Origin: Eledone cirrhosa
Taxonomy: Eukaryota
DNA length: 64,000 nucleotides
Reading direction: 5' to 3'
NCBI GenBank assembly: GCA_964016885.1
Contig: OZ024741.1
Location: forward strand, 263,004,001-263,068,000
This document shows, one piece after another, positions 14,404-27,700 of the stretch; within the stretch, counting starts at the first letter, position 1, and every line of letters starts with the position of its first letter. The notes beneath the pieces are model-generated. The model searched no databases. It was not told the origin of the DNA and saw only the letters and a program-made list of their open reading frames with translations. A program made the position numbers and the translations under genes.

Positions 14404-15806
14404 ATGAGTGTTTCGACTTACTAATGTTTTTACTTACGAGTGTTCTGACTTACGAGTGTTCCGACTTACGAGTGTTCCGACTTACGAGTGTTTCGGCTTA
14501 CGAGTGTTTCCGGCTTACGAGTGTTTCGACTTACGAGTGTTTCGACTTACGAGTGTTTTGACTTACGGTGTTTCGACTTACGAGTGATTCGACTTACGAG
14601 TGTTTTGACTTACGGGTGTTTTGACTTACGGGTGTTGTGAATTACGAGTGTTCCGATTTACGAGTGTTTTGACTTACGGTGTTTCGGCTTACGAGTGATT
14701 CGACTTACGAATGTTTTGACTTACGGGTGTTTCGGCTTGCTAGTGTTTCGACTTACGAGTGTTTCGGCTTATGAGTGTTTCGACTTACTACTGTTTTTAC
14801 TTACGAGTGTTTCGGCGTACGAGTGTTTTGACTTACGAGTGTTTCGACTTACGAGTGTTTCGAATTACGAGTGTTCTGACTTGCGGGTGTTCTGATTTAC
14901 GAGTGTTCCGACTTACGAGTGTTTCGGCTTATGAGTGTTTCGACTTACGAGTGTTTCGGCTTACGAGTGTTTCGACTTATGGGTGTTTCGACATACGAGT
15001 GTTTTGACTTACGGGTGTTTCGACTTACGAGTGTTTTGACTTACGAATGTTTTGACTTACGGGTGTTTCGGCTTACGAGTGTTTCGACTTACGAGTGTTT
15101 CGGCTTACGAGTGTTTCGACTTACTAATGTTCTTACTTACGAGTGTTTCGGCGTACGAGAGTTTTGACTTACGAGTGTTTCGACTTACGAGTGTTTCGAC
15201 TTACGAGTGTTTTGACTTACGAAAGTTTTGACTTACGGGTGTTTCGGCGTACGAGTGTTTTGACTTACGAGTGTTTCGACTTACGGGTGTTTTGACTTAC
15301 GGGTGTTTCGGCTTACGACTGTTTCGGCTTATGATTGTTTCGACTTACGAGTGTTTTGACTTACGGTGTTTCAGCCTACGAGTGTTTCGACTTACGAGTG
15401 TTTTGACTTACGGGTGTTTTGACATACGAGTGTTTCGATACGAGTGTTCTGACTTACGAGTGTTCTGACTTACGAGTGTTTTGACTTACGAGTGTTCTGA
15501 CTTACGAGTGTTCCGACTTACGAGTGTTCCGACTTACGAGTGTTTCGGCTTACGAGTGTTTCCGTCTTACGAGTGTTTCGACTTACGAGTGTTTCGACTT
15601 ACGGTGTTTCGGCTTACGAGTGATTCGACTTACGAGTGTTTTGACTTACGGGTGTTTTGACTTACGGGTGGTGTGAATTACGAGTGTTCCGATTTACGAG
15701 TGTTTTGACTTACGGTGTTTCGGCTTACGAGTGATTCGACTTACGAATGTTTTGACTTACGGTTGTTTCGGCTTGCGAGTGTTTCGACTTACGAGTGTTT
15801 CGGCTT
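14404..15806 (+). repeat. Left-domain truncated HOR unit 4 (1403 bp)
   Basis: Offsets 14328/15731, 14695/16098 and 14919/16322 are all 1403. Confidence 0.85.
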
Positions 15807-17249
15807 ATGAGTGTTTCGACTTACTAATGTTTTTACTTACGAGTGTTCTGACTTACGAGTGTTCCGACTTACGAGTGTTCCGACTTACGAGTGTTTCGGC
15901 TTACGAGTGTTTCCGGCTTACGAGTGTTTCGACTTACGAGTGTTTCGACTTACGAGTGTTTTGACTTACGGTGTTTCGACTTACGAGTGATTCGACTTAC
16001 GAGTGTTTTGACTTACGGGTGTTTTGACTTACGGGTGTTGTGAATTACGAGTGTTCCGATTTACGAGTGTTTTGACTTACGGTGTTTCGGCTTACGAGTG
16101 ATTCGACTTACGAATGTTTTGACTTACGGGTGTTTCGGCTTGCTAGTGTTTCGACTTACGAGTGTTTCGGCTTATGAGTGTTTCGACTTACTACTGTTTT
16201 TACTTACGAGTGTTTCGGCGTACGAGTGTTTTGACTTACGAGTGTTTCGACTTACGAGTGTTTCGAATTACGAGTGTTCTGACTTGCGGGTGTTCTGATT
16301 TACGAGTGTTCCGACTTACGAGTGTTTCGGCTTATGAGTGTTTCGACTTACGAGTGTTTCGGCTTACGAGTGTTTCGACTTATGGGTGTTTCGACATACG
16401 AGTGTTTTGACTTACGGGTGTTTCGACTTACGAGTGTTTTGACTTACGAATGTTTTGACTTACGGGTGTTTCGGCTTACGAGTGTTTCGACTTACGAGTG
16501 TTTCGGCTTACGAGTGTTTCGACTTACTAATGTTCTTACTTACGAGTGTTTCGGCGTACGAGAGTTTTGACTTACGAGTGTTTCGACTTACGAGTGTTTC
16601 GACTTACGAGTGTTTTGACTTACGAAAGTTTTGACTTACGGGTGTTTCGGCGTACGAGTGTTTTGACTTACGAGTGTTTCGACTTACGGGTGTTTTGACT
16701 TACGGGTGTTTCGGCTTACGAGTGTTTCGGCTTATGATTGTTTCGACTTACGAGTGTTTTGACTTACGGTGTTTCAGCCTACGAGTGTTTCGACTTACGA
16801 GTGTTTTGACTTACGGGTGTTTTGACATACGAGTGTTTCGATACGAGTGTTCTGACTTACGAGTGTTCTGACTTACGAGTGTTTTGACTTACGAGTGTTC
16901 TGACTTACGAGTGTTCCGACTTACGAGTGTTCCGACTTACGAGTGTTTCGGCTTACGAGTGTTTCCGGCTTACGAGTGTTTCGACTTACGAGTGTTTCGA
17001 CTTACGGTGTTTCGGCTTACGAGTGATTCGACTTACGAGTGTTTTGACTTACGGGTGTTTTGACTTACGGGTGTTGTGAATTACGAGTGTTCCGATTTAC
17101 GAGTGTTTTGACTTACGGTGTTTCGGCTTACGAGTGATTCGACTTACGAATGTTTTGACTTACGGGTGTTTCGGCTTGCGAGTGTTTCGAATTACGAGTG
17201 TTTCGGCTTATGAGTGTTTCGACTTACTAATGTTTTTACTTACGAGTGT

Positions 17250-18450
17250 TCTGACTTACGAGTGTTCCGACTTACGAGTGTTCCGACTTACGAGTGTTTC
17301 GGCTTACGAGTGTTTACGGCTTACGAGTGTTTCGACTTACGAGTGTTTCGACTTACGAGTGTTTTGACTTACGGTGTTTCGACTTACGAGTGATTCGACT
17401 TACGACTGTTTTGACTTACGGGTGTTTTGACTTACGGGTGTTTCGATACGAGTGTTTCGACTTACGAGTGTTCTGACTTACGAGTGTTCTGACTTACGAG
17501 TGTTCTGACTTACGAGTGTTCTGATTTACGAGTGTTCCGACTTACGAGTGTTTCGGCTTACGAGTGTTTCGGCTTACGAGTGTTTCGACTTACGGGTGTT
17601 TTGACTTACGGGTGTTTCGGCTTACGAGTGTTTCGGCTTATGATTGTTTCGACTTACGAGTGTTTTGACTTACGGTGTTTCAGCTTACCAGTGTTTCGAC
17701 TTACGAGTGTTTTGACTTACGGGTGTTTTGACATACGAGTGTTTCGATACGAGTGTTCTGACTTACGGGTGTTCTGACTTACGAGTGTTTTGACTTACGA
17801 GTGTTCTGACTTACGAGTGTTCCGACTTACGAGTGTTCCGACTTACGAGTGTTTCGGCTTACGAGTGTTTCCGGCTTACGAGTGTTTCGACTTACGAGTG
17901 TTTCGACTTACGAGTGTTTTGACTTACGGTGTTTCGACTTACGAGTGATTCGACTTACGACTGTTTTGACTTACGGGTGTTTTGACTTACGGGTGTTTCG
18001 ATACGAGTGTTTCGACTTACGAGTGTTCTGACTTACGAGTGTTCTGACTTACGAGTGTTCTGACTTACGAGTGTTCTGATTTACGAGTGTTCCGACTTAC
18101 GAGTGTTTCGGCTTACGAGTGTTTCGGCTTACGAGTGTTTCGACTTACGGGTGTTTTGACTTACGGGTGTTTCGGCTTACGAGTGTTTCGGCTTATGATT
18201 GTTTCGACTTACGAGTGTTTTGACTTACGGTGTTTCAGCTTACCAGTGTTTCGACTTACGAGTGTTTTGACTTACGGGTGTTTTGACATACGAGTGTTTC
18301 GATACGAGTGTTCTGACTTACGGGTGTTCTGACTTACGAGTGTTTTGACTTACGAGTGTTCTGACTTACGAGTGTTCCGACTTACGAGTGTTCCGACTTA
18401 CGAGTGTTTCGGCTTACGAGTGTTTCCGGCTTACGAGTGTTTCGACTTAC
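17250..18450 (+). repeat. 555-bp tandem sub-HOR, just over two copies (partial duplications also at ~1440-2330 and ~7030-7920)
   Basis: Offsets 17294/17849, 17532/18087, 1488/2043 and 7079/7634 are all 555. Markers: CAGCTTACCAGT and TACGACTG. Confidence 0.85.
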
Positions 18451-19789
18451 GAGTGTTTTGACTTACGGTGTTTCGGCTTACGAGTGATTCGACTTACGAG
18501 TGTTTTGACTTACCCGTGTTGTGAATTACGAGTGTTCCGATTTACGAGTGTTTTGACTTACGGTGTTTCGGCTTACGAGTGATTCGACTTACGAATGTTT
18601 TGACTTACGGGTGTTTCGGCTTGCGAGTGTTTCGACTTACGAGTGTTTCGGCTTATGAGTGTTTCGACTTACTAATGTTTTTACTTACGAGTGTTCTGAC
18701 TTACGAGTGTTCCGACTTACGAGTGTTCCGAGTTACGAGTGTTTCGGCTTACGAGTGTTTCCGGCTTACGAGTGTTTCGACTTACGAGTGTTTCGACTTA
18801 CGAGTGTTTTGACTTACGGTGTTTCGACTTACGAGTGATTCGACTTACGAGTGTTTTGACTTACGGGTGTTTTGACTTACGGGTGTTGTGAATTACGAGT
18901 GTTCCGATTTACGAGTGTTTTGACTTACGGTGTTTCGGCTTACGAGTGATTCGACTTACGAATGTTTTGACTTACGGGTGTTTCGGCTTGCTAGTGTTTC
19001 GACTTACGAGTGTTTCGGCTTATGAGTGTTTCGACTTACTACTGTTTTTACTTACGAGTGTTTCGGCGTACGAGTGTTTTGACTTACGAGTGTTTCGAAT
19101 TACGAGTGTTTTGACTTACGAATGTTTTGACTTACGGGTGTTTCGGCTTACGAGTGTTTCGACTTACGAGTGTTTCGGCTTGCGAGTGTTTCGACTTACT
19201 AATGTTTTTACTTACGAGTTTTTCGGCGTACGAGTGTTTCGACTTACGAGTGTTTCGATTTACGGGTGTTTTGACTTAAGGGTGTTTCGACTTACAAGTG
19301 ATTCGACTTACGAGTGTTTCGACTTACAAGTGTTCTGACTTACGAGTGTTCTGATTTACGGATGTTTCGACATACGAGTGTTTCGACTTACGAGTGTTTC
19401 GACTTACGAGTGTTTTGACTTACGGGTGTTTTGACATACGAGTGTTTCGATACGAGTGTTTCGACTTACGAGTGTTCTGATTTACGAGTGTTCCGACTTA
19501 CGAGTGTTTCGGCTTACGAGTGTTTCGGCTTACGAGTGTTTCGACTTACGAGTGTTTCGACTTACGAGTGTTCCGACTTACGGGTGTTTCGACTTACGAG
19601 TGGTTTGGCTTATGGTGTTTCGGCTTACGAGTGTTTCGAGTTACGAGTATTTTGACTTACGAATGTTTTGACTTACGGGTGTTTCGGCTTACGAGTGTTT
19701 CGACTCACGAGTCTTTCGGCTTACGAGTGTTTCGACTTACTAATGTTTTTACTTACGAGTGTTTCGGCGTACGAGTGTTTCGACTTACG

Positions 19790-21390
19790 GGTGTTTTGAC
19801 TTACGGGTGTTTCGGCTTACGAGTGTTTTGACTTACGAGTGTTTTGACTTAAGGGTGTTTCGACTGACGAGTATTTTTGGCTTACGAGTGTTTCGACTTA
19901 CGAGTGTTTTGACTTACGAGTGTTCTGATTTACGGATGTTTCGACATACGAGTGTTTCGACTTACGAGTGTTTCGACTTATGAGTGTTTCGACTTACGAG
20001 TGTTTCGACTTACGAGTGTTTCGGCTTATGATTGTTTCGACTTACGAGTGTTTTGACTTACGGTGTTTCAGCTTACGAGTGTTTCGACTTACGAGTGTTT
20101 TGACTTACGGGTGTTTTGACATACGAGTGTTTCGATACGAGTGTTCTGACTTACGAGTGTTCTGACTTACGAGTGTTTTGACTTACGAGTGTTCTGACTT
20201 ACGAGTGTTCCGACTTACGAGTGTTCCGACTTACGAGTGTTTCGGCTTACGGGTGTTTCCTGCTTACGAGTGTTTCGACTTACGAGTGTTTTGACTTACG
20301 GGTGTTTTGACTTACGGGTGTTGTGAATTACGAGTGTTCCGATTTACGAGTGTTTTGACTTACGGTGTTTCGGCTTACGAGTGATTCGACTTACGAATGT
20401 TTTGACTTACGGTTGTTTCGGCTTGCGAGTGTTTCGACTTACGAGTGTTTCGGCTTATGAGTGTTTCGACTTACTAATGTTTTTACTTACGAGTGTTCTG
20501 ACTTACGAGTGTTCCGACTTACGAGTGTTCCGACTTACGAGTGTTTCCGCTTACGAGTGTTTCCGGCTTACGAGTGTTTCGACTTACGAGTGTTTTGACT
20601 TACGGGTGTTTCGGCTTACGAGTGTTTTGACTTACGAGTGTTTTGACTTAAGGGTGTTTCGACTGACGAGTATTTTTGGCTTACGAGTGTTTCGACTTAC
20701 GAGTGTTTTGACTTACGAGTGTTCTGATTTACGGATGTTTCGACATACGAGTGTTTCGACTTACGAGTGTTTCGACTTATGAGTGTTTCGACTTACGAGT
20801 GTTTCGACTTACGAGTGTTTCGGCTTATGATTGTTTCGACTTACGAGTGTTTTGACTTACGGTGTTTCAGCTTACGAGTGTTTCGACTTACGAGTGTTTT
20901 GACTTACGGGTGTTTTGACATACGAGTGTTTCGATACGAGTGTTCTGACTTACGAGTGTTCTGACTTACGAGTGTTTTGACTTACGAGTGTTCTGACTTA
21001 CGAGTGTTCCGACTTACGAGTGTTCCGACTTACGAGTGTTTCGGCTTACGGGTGTTTCCTGCTTACGAGTGTTTCGACTTACGAGTGTTTTGACTTACGG
21101 TGTTTCGGCTTACGAGTGATTCGACTTACGAGTGTTTTGACTTACGGGTGTTTTGACTTACGGGTGTTGTGAATTACGAGTGTTCCGATTTACGAGTGTT
21201 TTGACTTACGGTGTTTCGGCTTACGAGTGATTCGACTTACGAATGTTTTGACTTACGGTTGTTTCGGCTTGCGAGTGTTTCGACTTACGAGTGTTTCGGC
21301 TTATGAGTGTTTCGACTTACTAATGTTTTTACTTACGAGTGTTCTGACTTACGAGTGTTCCGACTTACGAGTGTTCCGACTTACGAGTGT
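19790..21390 (+). repeat. 799-bp tandem duplication (approximate bounds)
   Basis: Offset 19968/20767 is 799. Marker GACTGACGAGTATTTTTGG occurs at ~19862 and ~20661. Confidence 0.8.
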
Positions 21391-24300
21391 TTCCGCTTAC
21401 GAGTGTTTCCGGCTTACGAGTGTTTCGACTTACGAGTGTTTCGACTTACGAGTGTTTTGACTTACGGTGTTTCGACTTACGAGTGATTCGACTTACGAGT
21501 GTTTTGACTTACGGGTGTCTTGACTTACGGGTGTTGTGAATTACGAGTGTTCCGATTTACGAGTGTTTTGACTTACGGTGTTTCGGCTTACGAGTGATTC
21601 GACTTACGAATGTTTTGACTTACGGGTGTTTCGGCTTGCTAGTGTTTCGACTTACGAGTGTTTCGGCTTATGAGTGTTTCGACTTACTACTGTTTTTACT
21701 TACGAGTGTTTCGGCGTACGAGTGTTTTGACTTACGAGTGTTTCGACTTACGAGTGTTTCGAATTACGAGTGTTTCGGCTTACGTGAGTTTCGACTTAAG
21801 AGTGTTCTGATTTACGAGTGTTCTGACTTGCGGGTGTTCTGATTTACGAGTGTTCCGACTTACGAGTGTTTCGGCTTATGAGTGTTTCGACTTACGAGTG
21901 TTTCGGCTTACGAGTGTTTCGACTTATGGGTGTTTCGACATACGAGTGTTTTGACTTACGGGTGTTTCGACTTACGAGTGTTTTGACTTACGAATGTTTT
22001 GACTTACGGGTGTTTCGGCTTACGAGTGTTTCGACTTACGAGTGTTTCGGCTTACGAGTGTTTCGACTTACTAATGTTCTTACTTACGAGTGTTTCGGCG
22101 TACGAGAGTTTTGACTTACGAGTGTTTCGACTTACGAGTGTTTCGACTTACGAGTGTTTTGACTTACGAAAGTTTTGACTTACGGGTGTTTCGGCGTACG
22201 AGTGTTTTGACTTACGAGTGTTTCGACTTACGGGTGTTTTGACTTACGGGTGTTTCGGCTTACGAGTGTTTCGGCTTATGATTGTTTCGACTTACGAGTG
22301 TTTTGACTTACGGTGTTTCAGCCTACGAGTGTTTCGACTTACGAGTGTTTTGACTTACGGGTGTTTTGACATACGAGTGTTTCGATACGAGTGTTCTGAC
22401 TTACGAGTGTTCTGACTTACGAGTGTTTTGACTTACGAGTGTTCTGACTTACGAGTGTTCCGACTTACGAGTGTTCCGACTTACGAGTGTTTCGGCTTAC
22501 GAGTGTTTCCGGCTTACGAGTGTTTCGACTTACGAGTGTTTTGACTTACGGTGTTTCGGCTTACGAGTGATTCGACTTACGAATGTTTTGACTTACGGGT
22601 GTTTCGACTTACCAGTGTTTCGGCTTATGAGTGTTTCGACTTACTAATGTTTTTACTTACGAGTGTTCTGACTTACGAGTGTTCCGACTTACGAGTGTTC
22701 CGACTTACGAGTGTTTCGGCTTACGAGTGTTTGCGGCTTACGAGTGTTTCGACTTACGAGTCTTTCGACTTACGAGTGTTTTGACTTACGGTGTTTCGAC
22801 TTACGAGTGATTCGACTTACGACTATTTTGACTTACGGGTGTTTTGACTTACGGGTGTTGTGAATTACGAGTGTTCCGATTTACGAGTGTTTTGACTTAC
22901 GGTGTTTCGGCTTACGAGTGATTCGACTTACGAATGTTTTGACTTACGGGTGTTTCGGCTTGCTAGTGTTTCGACTTACGAGTGTTTCGGCTTATGAGTG
23001 TTTCGACTTACTACTGTTTTTACTTACGAGTGTTTCGGCGTACGAGTGTTTTGTCTTACGAGTGTTTCGAATTACGAGTGTTTTGACTTACGAATGTTTT
23101 GACATACGGGTGTTTCGGCTTACGAGTGTTTCGACTTACGAGTGTTTCGGCTTGCGAGTGTTTCGACTTACTAATGTTTTTACTTACGAGTTTTTCGGCG
23201 TACGAGGGTTTCGACTTACGAGTGTTTCGACTTACGGGTGTTTTGACTTAAGGGTGTTTCGACTTACAAGTGTTTCGACTTACGAGTGTTTCGACTTACG
23301 AGTGTTCTGACTTACGAGTATTCTGATTTACGGATGTTTCGACATACGAGTGTTTCGACTTACGAGTGTTTCGACTTACGAGTGTTTTGACTTACGGGTG
23401 TTTTGACATACGAGTGTTTCGATACGAGTGTTTCGACTTACGAGTGTTCTGACTTACGAGTGTTCTGACTTACGAGTGTTCTGATTTACGAGTGTTCCGA
23501 CTTACGAGTGTTTCGGCTTACGAGTGTTTCGGCTTACGAGTGTTTCGACTTACGGGTGTTTTGACTTACGGGTGTTTCGGCTTACGAGTGTTTCGGCTTA
23601 TGATTGTTTCGACTTACGAGTGTTTTGACTTACGGTGTTTCAGCTTACGAGTGTTTCGACTTACGACTGTTTTGACTTACGGGTGTTTTGACATACGAGT
23701 GTTTCGATACGAGTGTTCTGACTTACGAGTGTTCTGACTTACGAGTGTTTTGACTTACGAGTGTTCTGACTTACGAGTGTTCCGACTTACGAGTGTTCCG
23801 ACTTACGAGTGTTTCGGCTTACGAGTGTTTCCGGCTTACGAGTGTTTCGACTTACGAGTGTTTTGACATACGGTGTTTCGGCTTACGAGTGATTCGACTT
23901 ACGAATGTTTTGACTTACGGGTGTTTCGGCTTGCGAGTGTTTCGACTTACGAGTGTTTCGGCTTATGAGTGTTTCGACTTACTACTGTTTTTACTTACGA
24001 GTGTTTCGGCGTACGAGTGTTTTGACTTACGAGTGTTTCGAATTACGAGTGTTTCGACTTACTAATGTTTTTACTTACGAGTGTTCTGACTTACGAGTGT
24101 TCCGACTTACGAGTGTTCCGAGTTACGAGTGTTTCGGCTTACGAGTGTTTCCGGCTTACGAGTGTTTCGACTTACGAGTGTTTCGACTTACGAGTGTTTT
24201 GACTTACGGTGTTTCGACTTACGAGTGATTCGACTTACGAGTGTTTTGACTTACGGGTGTTTTGACTTACGGGTGTTGTGAATTACGAGTGTTCCGATTT

Positions 24301-25131
24301 ACGAGTGTTTTGACTTACGGTGTTTCGGCTTACGAGTGATTCGACTTACGAATGTTTTGACTTACGGGTGTTTCGGCTTGCTAGTGTTTCGACTTACGAG
24401 TGTTTCGGCTTATGAGTGTTTCGACTTACTACTGTTTTTACTTACGAGTGTTTCGGCGTACGAGTGTTTTGACTTACGAGTGTTTTGAATTACGAGTGTT
24501 TTGACTTACGAATGTTTTGACTTACGGGTGTTTCGGCTTACGAGTGTTTCGACTTACGAGTGTTTCGGCTTGCGAGTGTTTCGACTTACTAATGTTTTTA
24601 CTTACGAGTTTTTCGGCGTACGAGTGTTTCGACTTACGAGTGTTTCGACTTACGGGTGTTTTGACTTAAGGGTGTTTCGACTTACAAGTGATTCGACTTA
24701 CGAGTGTTTCGACTTACGAGTGTTCTGACTTACGAGTGTTCTGATTTACGGATGTTTCGACATACGAGTGTTTCGATACGAGTGTTTCGACTTACGAGTG
24801 TTCTGATTTACGAGTGTTCCGACTTACGAGTGTTTCGGCTTACGAGTGTTTCGGCTTACGAGTGTTTCGACTTACGAGTGTTTCGACTTACGAGTGTTCC
24901 GACTTACGGGTGTTTCGACTTACGAGTGGTTTGGCTTATGGTGTTTCGGCTTACGAGTGTTTCGAGTTACGAGTGTTTTGACTTACGCGTGTTTTGACAT
25001 ACGAGTGTTTCGATACGAGTGTTCTGACTTACGAGTGTTCTGACTTACGAGTGTTCTGACTTACGAGTGTTCCGACTTTACGAGTGTTTCGGCTCACGAG
25101 TGTTTCGGCTTACGAGTGTTTCGACTTACGA

Positions 25132-25200
25132 AAATAACAAATAGACGCGGTTTCAAATCTCTATGATTTTCGAATTCATTACATTAATCTTTATTTATAC
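25132..25200. other. 69-bp AT-rich interspersed element, copy 1 (allele ATAGACG / TTCGAATTC)
   Basis: AAATAACAAATAGACGCGGTTTCAAATCTCTATGATTTTCGAATTCATTACATTAATCTTTATTTATAC lies between GACTTACGA and GTTTCGCTTTACGAG. GC is 17/69 versus 7/16 for the monomer. Confidence 0.95.
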
Positions 25201-26139
25201 GTTTCGCTTTACGAGTGTTTCGACTTACGAGTGTTTCGACATACGAGTGTTTCGACTTCCGAATGTTTTTGCTTACGGGTGTTTCGACTTACGAATGTTT
25301 CGGCTTACGAGTGTTTCGGCTTACGAGTGTTCCGACTTAGGAGTGTTTCGGCTTACGAGTGTTTCCGGCTTACGAGTGTTTCGACTTACGAGTGTTTCGA
25401 CTTTCGAGTGTTTTGACTTACGGTGTTTCGGCTTACGAGTGATTCGACTTACGAGTGTTTTGACTTACGGGTGTTTTGACTTACGGGTGTTGTGAATTAC
25501 CAGTGTTCCGATTTACGAGTGTTTTGACTTACGGTGTTTCGGCTTGCGAGTGTTTCGACTTACGAGTGTTTCGGCTTATGAGTGTTTCGACTTACTAATG
25601 TTTTTACTTACGAGTGTTTCGGCGTTCGAGTGTTTTGACTTACGAGTGTTTCGACTTACGAGTGTTTTGACTTACGAATGTTTTGACTTACGGGTGTTTC
25701 GGCTTACGGGTGTTTCGACTTACGAGTGTTTCGACTTATGAGTGTTTCGACTTACGAGTGTTCTGACTTACGAGTGTTCTGACTTACGAGTGTTCCGACT
25801 TACGAGTGTTTCAGTTGACGAGTGTTTCGACATACGAGTGTTTTTACTTACGGGTGTTTCGACTTACGGGTGTTTCGACTGACGAGTGTTTCGGCTTACG
25901 AGTGTTTCGACTTACTAATGTTTTTACTTACGAGTGTTTCGGTTAGAAATTTTTTGACTTAAGGATGTTTCGACTTACTAGTGTTTCGACTTACGAGTGT
26001 TTCGGCTTACGTGAGTTTCGACTTAAGAGTGTTCTGATTTACGAGTGTTCTGACTTGCGGGTGTTCTGATTTACGAGTGTTCCGACTTACGAGTGTTTCG
26101 GCTTATGAGTGTTTCGACTTACGAGTGTTTCGGCTTACG

Positions 26140-27700
26140 AGTGTTTCCGGCTTACGAGTGTTTCGACTTACGAGTGTTTCGACTTACGAGTGTTTTGACT
26201 TACGGTGTTTCGACTTACGAGTGATTCGACTTACGAGTGTTTTGACTTACGGGTGTTTTGACTTACGGGTGTTGTGAATTACGAGTGTTCCGATTTACGA
26301 GTGTTTTGACTTACGGTGTTTCGGCTTACGAGTGATTCGACTTACGAATGTTTTGACTTACGGGTGTTTCGGCTTGCTAGTGTTTCGACTTACGAGTGTT
26401 TCGGCTTATGAGTGTTTCGACTTACTACTGTTTTTACTTACGAGTGTTTCGGCGTACGAGTGTTTTGACTTACGAGTGTTTCGAATTACGAGTGTTTTGA
26501 CTTACGAATGTTTTGACTTACGGGTGTTTCGGCTTACGAGTGTTTCGACTTACGAGTGTTTCGGCTTGCGAGTGTTTCGACTTACTAATGTTTTTACTTA
26601 CGAGTTTTTCGGCGTACGAGTGTTTCGACTAACGAGTGTTTCGACTTACGGGTGTTTTGACTTAAGGGTGTTTCGACTTACAAGTGATTCGACTTACGAG
26701 TGTTTCGACTTACAAGTGTTCTGACTTACGAGTGTTCTGATTTACGGATGTTTCGACATACGAGTGTTTCGACTTACGAGTGTTTCGACTTACGAGTGTT
26801 TTGACTTACGGGTGTTTTGACATACGAGTGTTTCGATACGAGTGTTTCGACTTACGAGTGTTCTGATTTACGAGTGTTCCGACTTACGAGTGTTTCGGCT
26901 TACGAGTGTTTCGGCTTACGAGTGTTTCGACTTACGAGTGTTTCGACTTACGAGTGTTCCGACTTACGGGTGTTTCGACTTACGAGTGGTTTGGCTTATG
27001 GTGTTTCGGCTTACGAGTGTTTCGAGTTACGAGTATTTTGACTTACGAATGTTTTGACTTACGGGTGTTTCGGCTTACGAGTGTTTCGACTTACGAGTCT
27101 TTCGGCTTACGAGTGTTTCGACTTACTAATGTTTTTACTTACGAGTGTTTCGGCGTACGAGTGTTTCGACTTCCGAGTGTTTCGACTTACGGGTGTTTTG
27201 ACTTACGGGTGTTTCGGCTTACGAGTGTTTTGACTTACGAGTGTTTTGACTTAAGGGTGTTTCGACTGACGAGTATTTTTGGCTTACGAGTGTTTCGACT
27301 TACGAGTGTTTTGACTTACGAGTGTTCTGATTTACGGATGTTTCGACATACGAGTGTTTCGACTTACGAGTGTTTCGACTTATGAGTGTTTCGACTTACG
27401 AGTGTTTCGACTTACGAGTGTTTCGGCTTATGATTGTTTCGACTTACGAGTGTTTTGACTTACGGTGTTTCAGCTTACGAGTGTTTCGACTTACGAGTGT
27501 TTTGACTTACGGGTGTTTTGACATACGAGTGTTTCGATACGAGTGTTCTGACTTACGAGTGTTCTGACTTACGAGTGTTTTGACTTACGAGTGTTCTGAC
27601 CTACGAGTGTTCCGACTTACGAGTGTTCCGACTTACGAGTGTTTCGGCTTACGGGTGTTTCCTGCTTACGAGTGTTTCGACTTACGAGTGTTTTGACTTA
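26140..27700 (+). repeat. Non-adjacent copy of block ~18750-20300 (offset 7386-7402)
   Basis: Offsets 18946/26332, 19431/26817 and 19456/26842 are all 7386. Shared rare markers: TACAAGTGTTCTG and GTGGTTTGGCTTATGG. Confidence 0.8.

Noticed and set aside
25132-25200. MITE, SINE or Helitron call for the 69-bp element
   Set aside because: There is only a 6-bp AT-rich inverted match. TACG as a target-site duplication does not restore an intact monomer. There is no poly(A) tail, Pol III box or CTRR end, and all copies share one insertion site.
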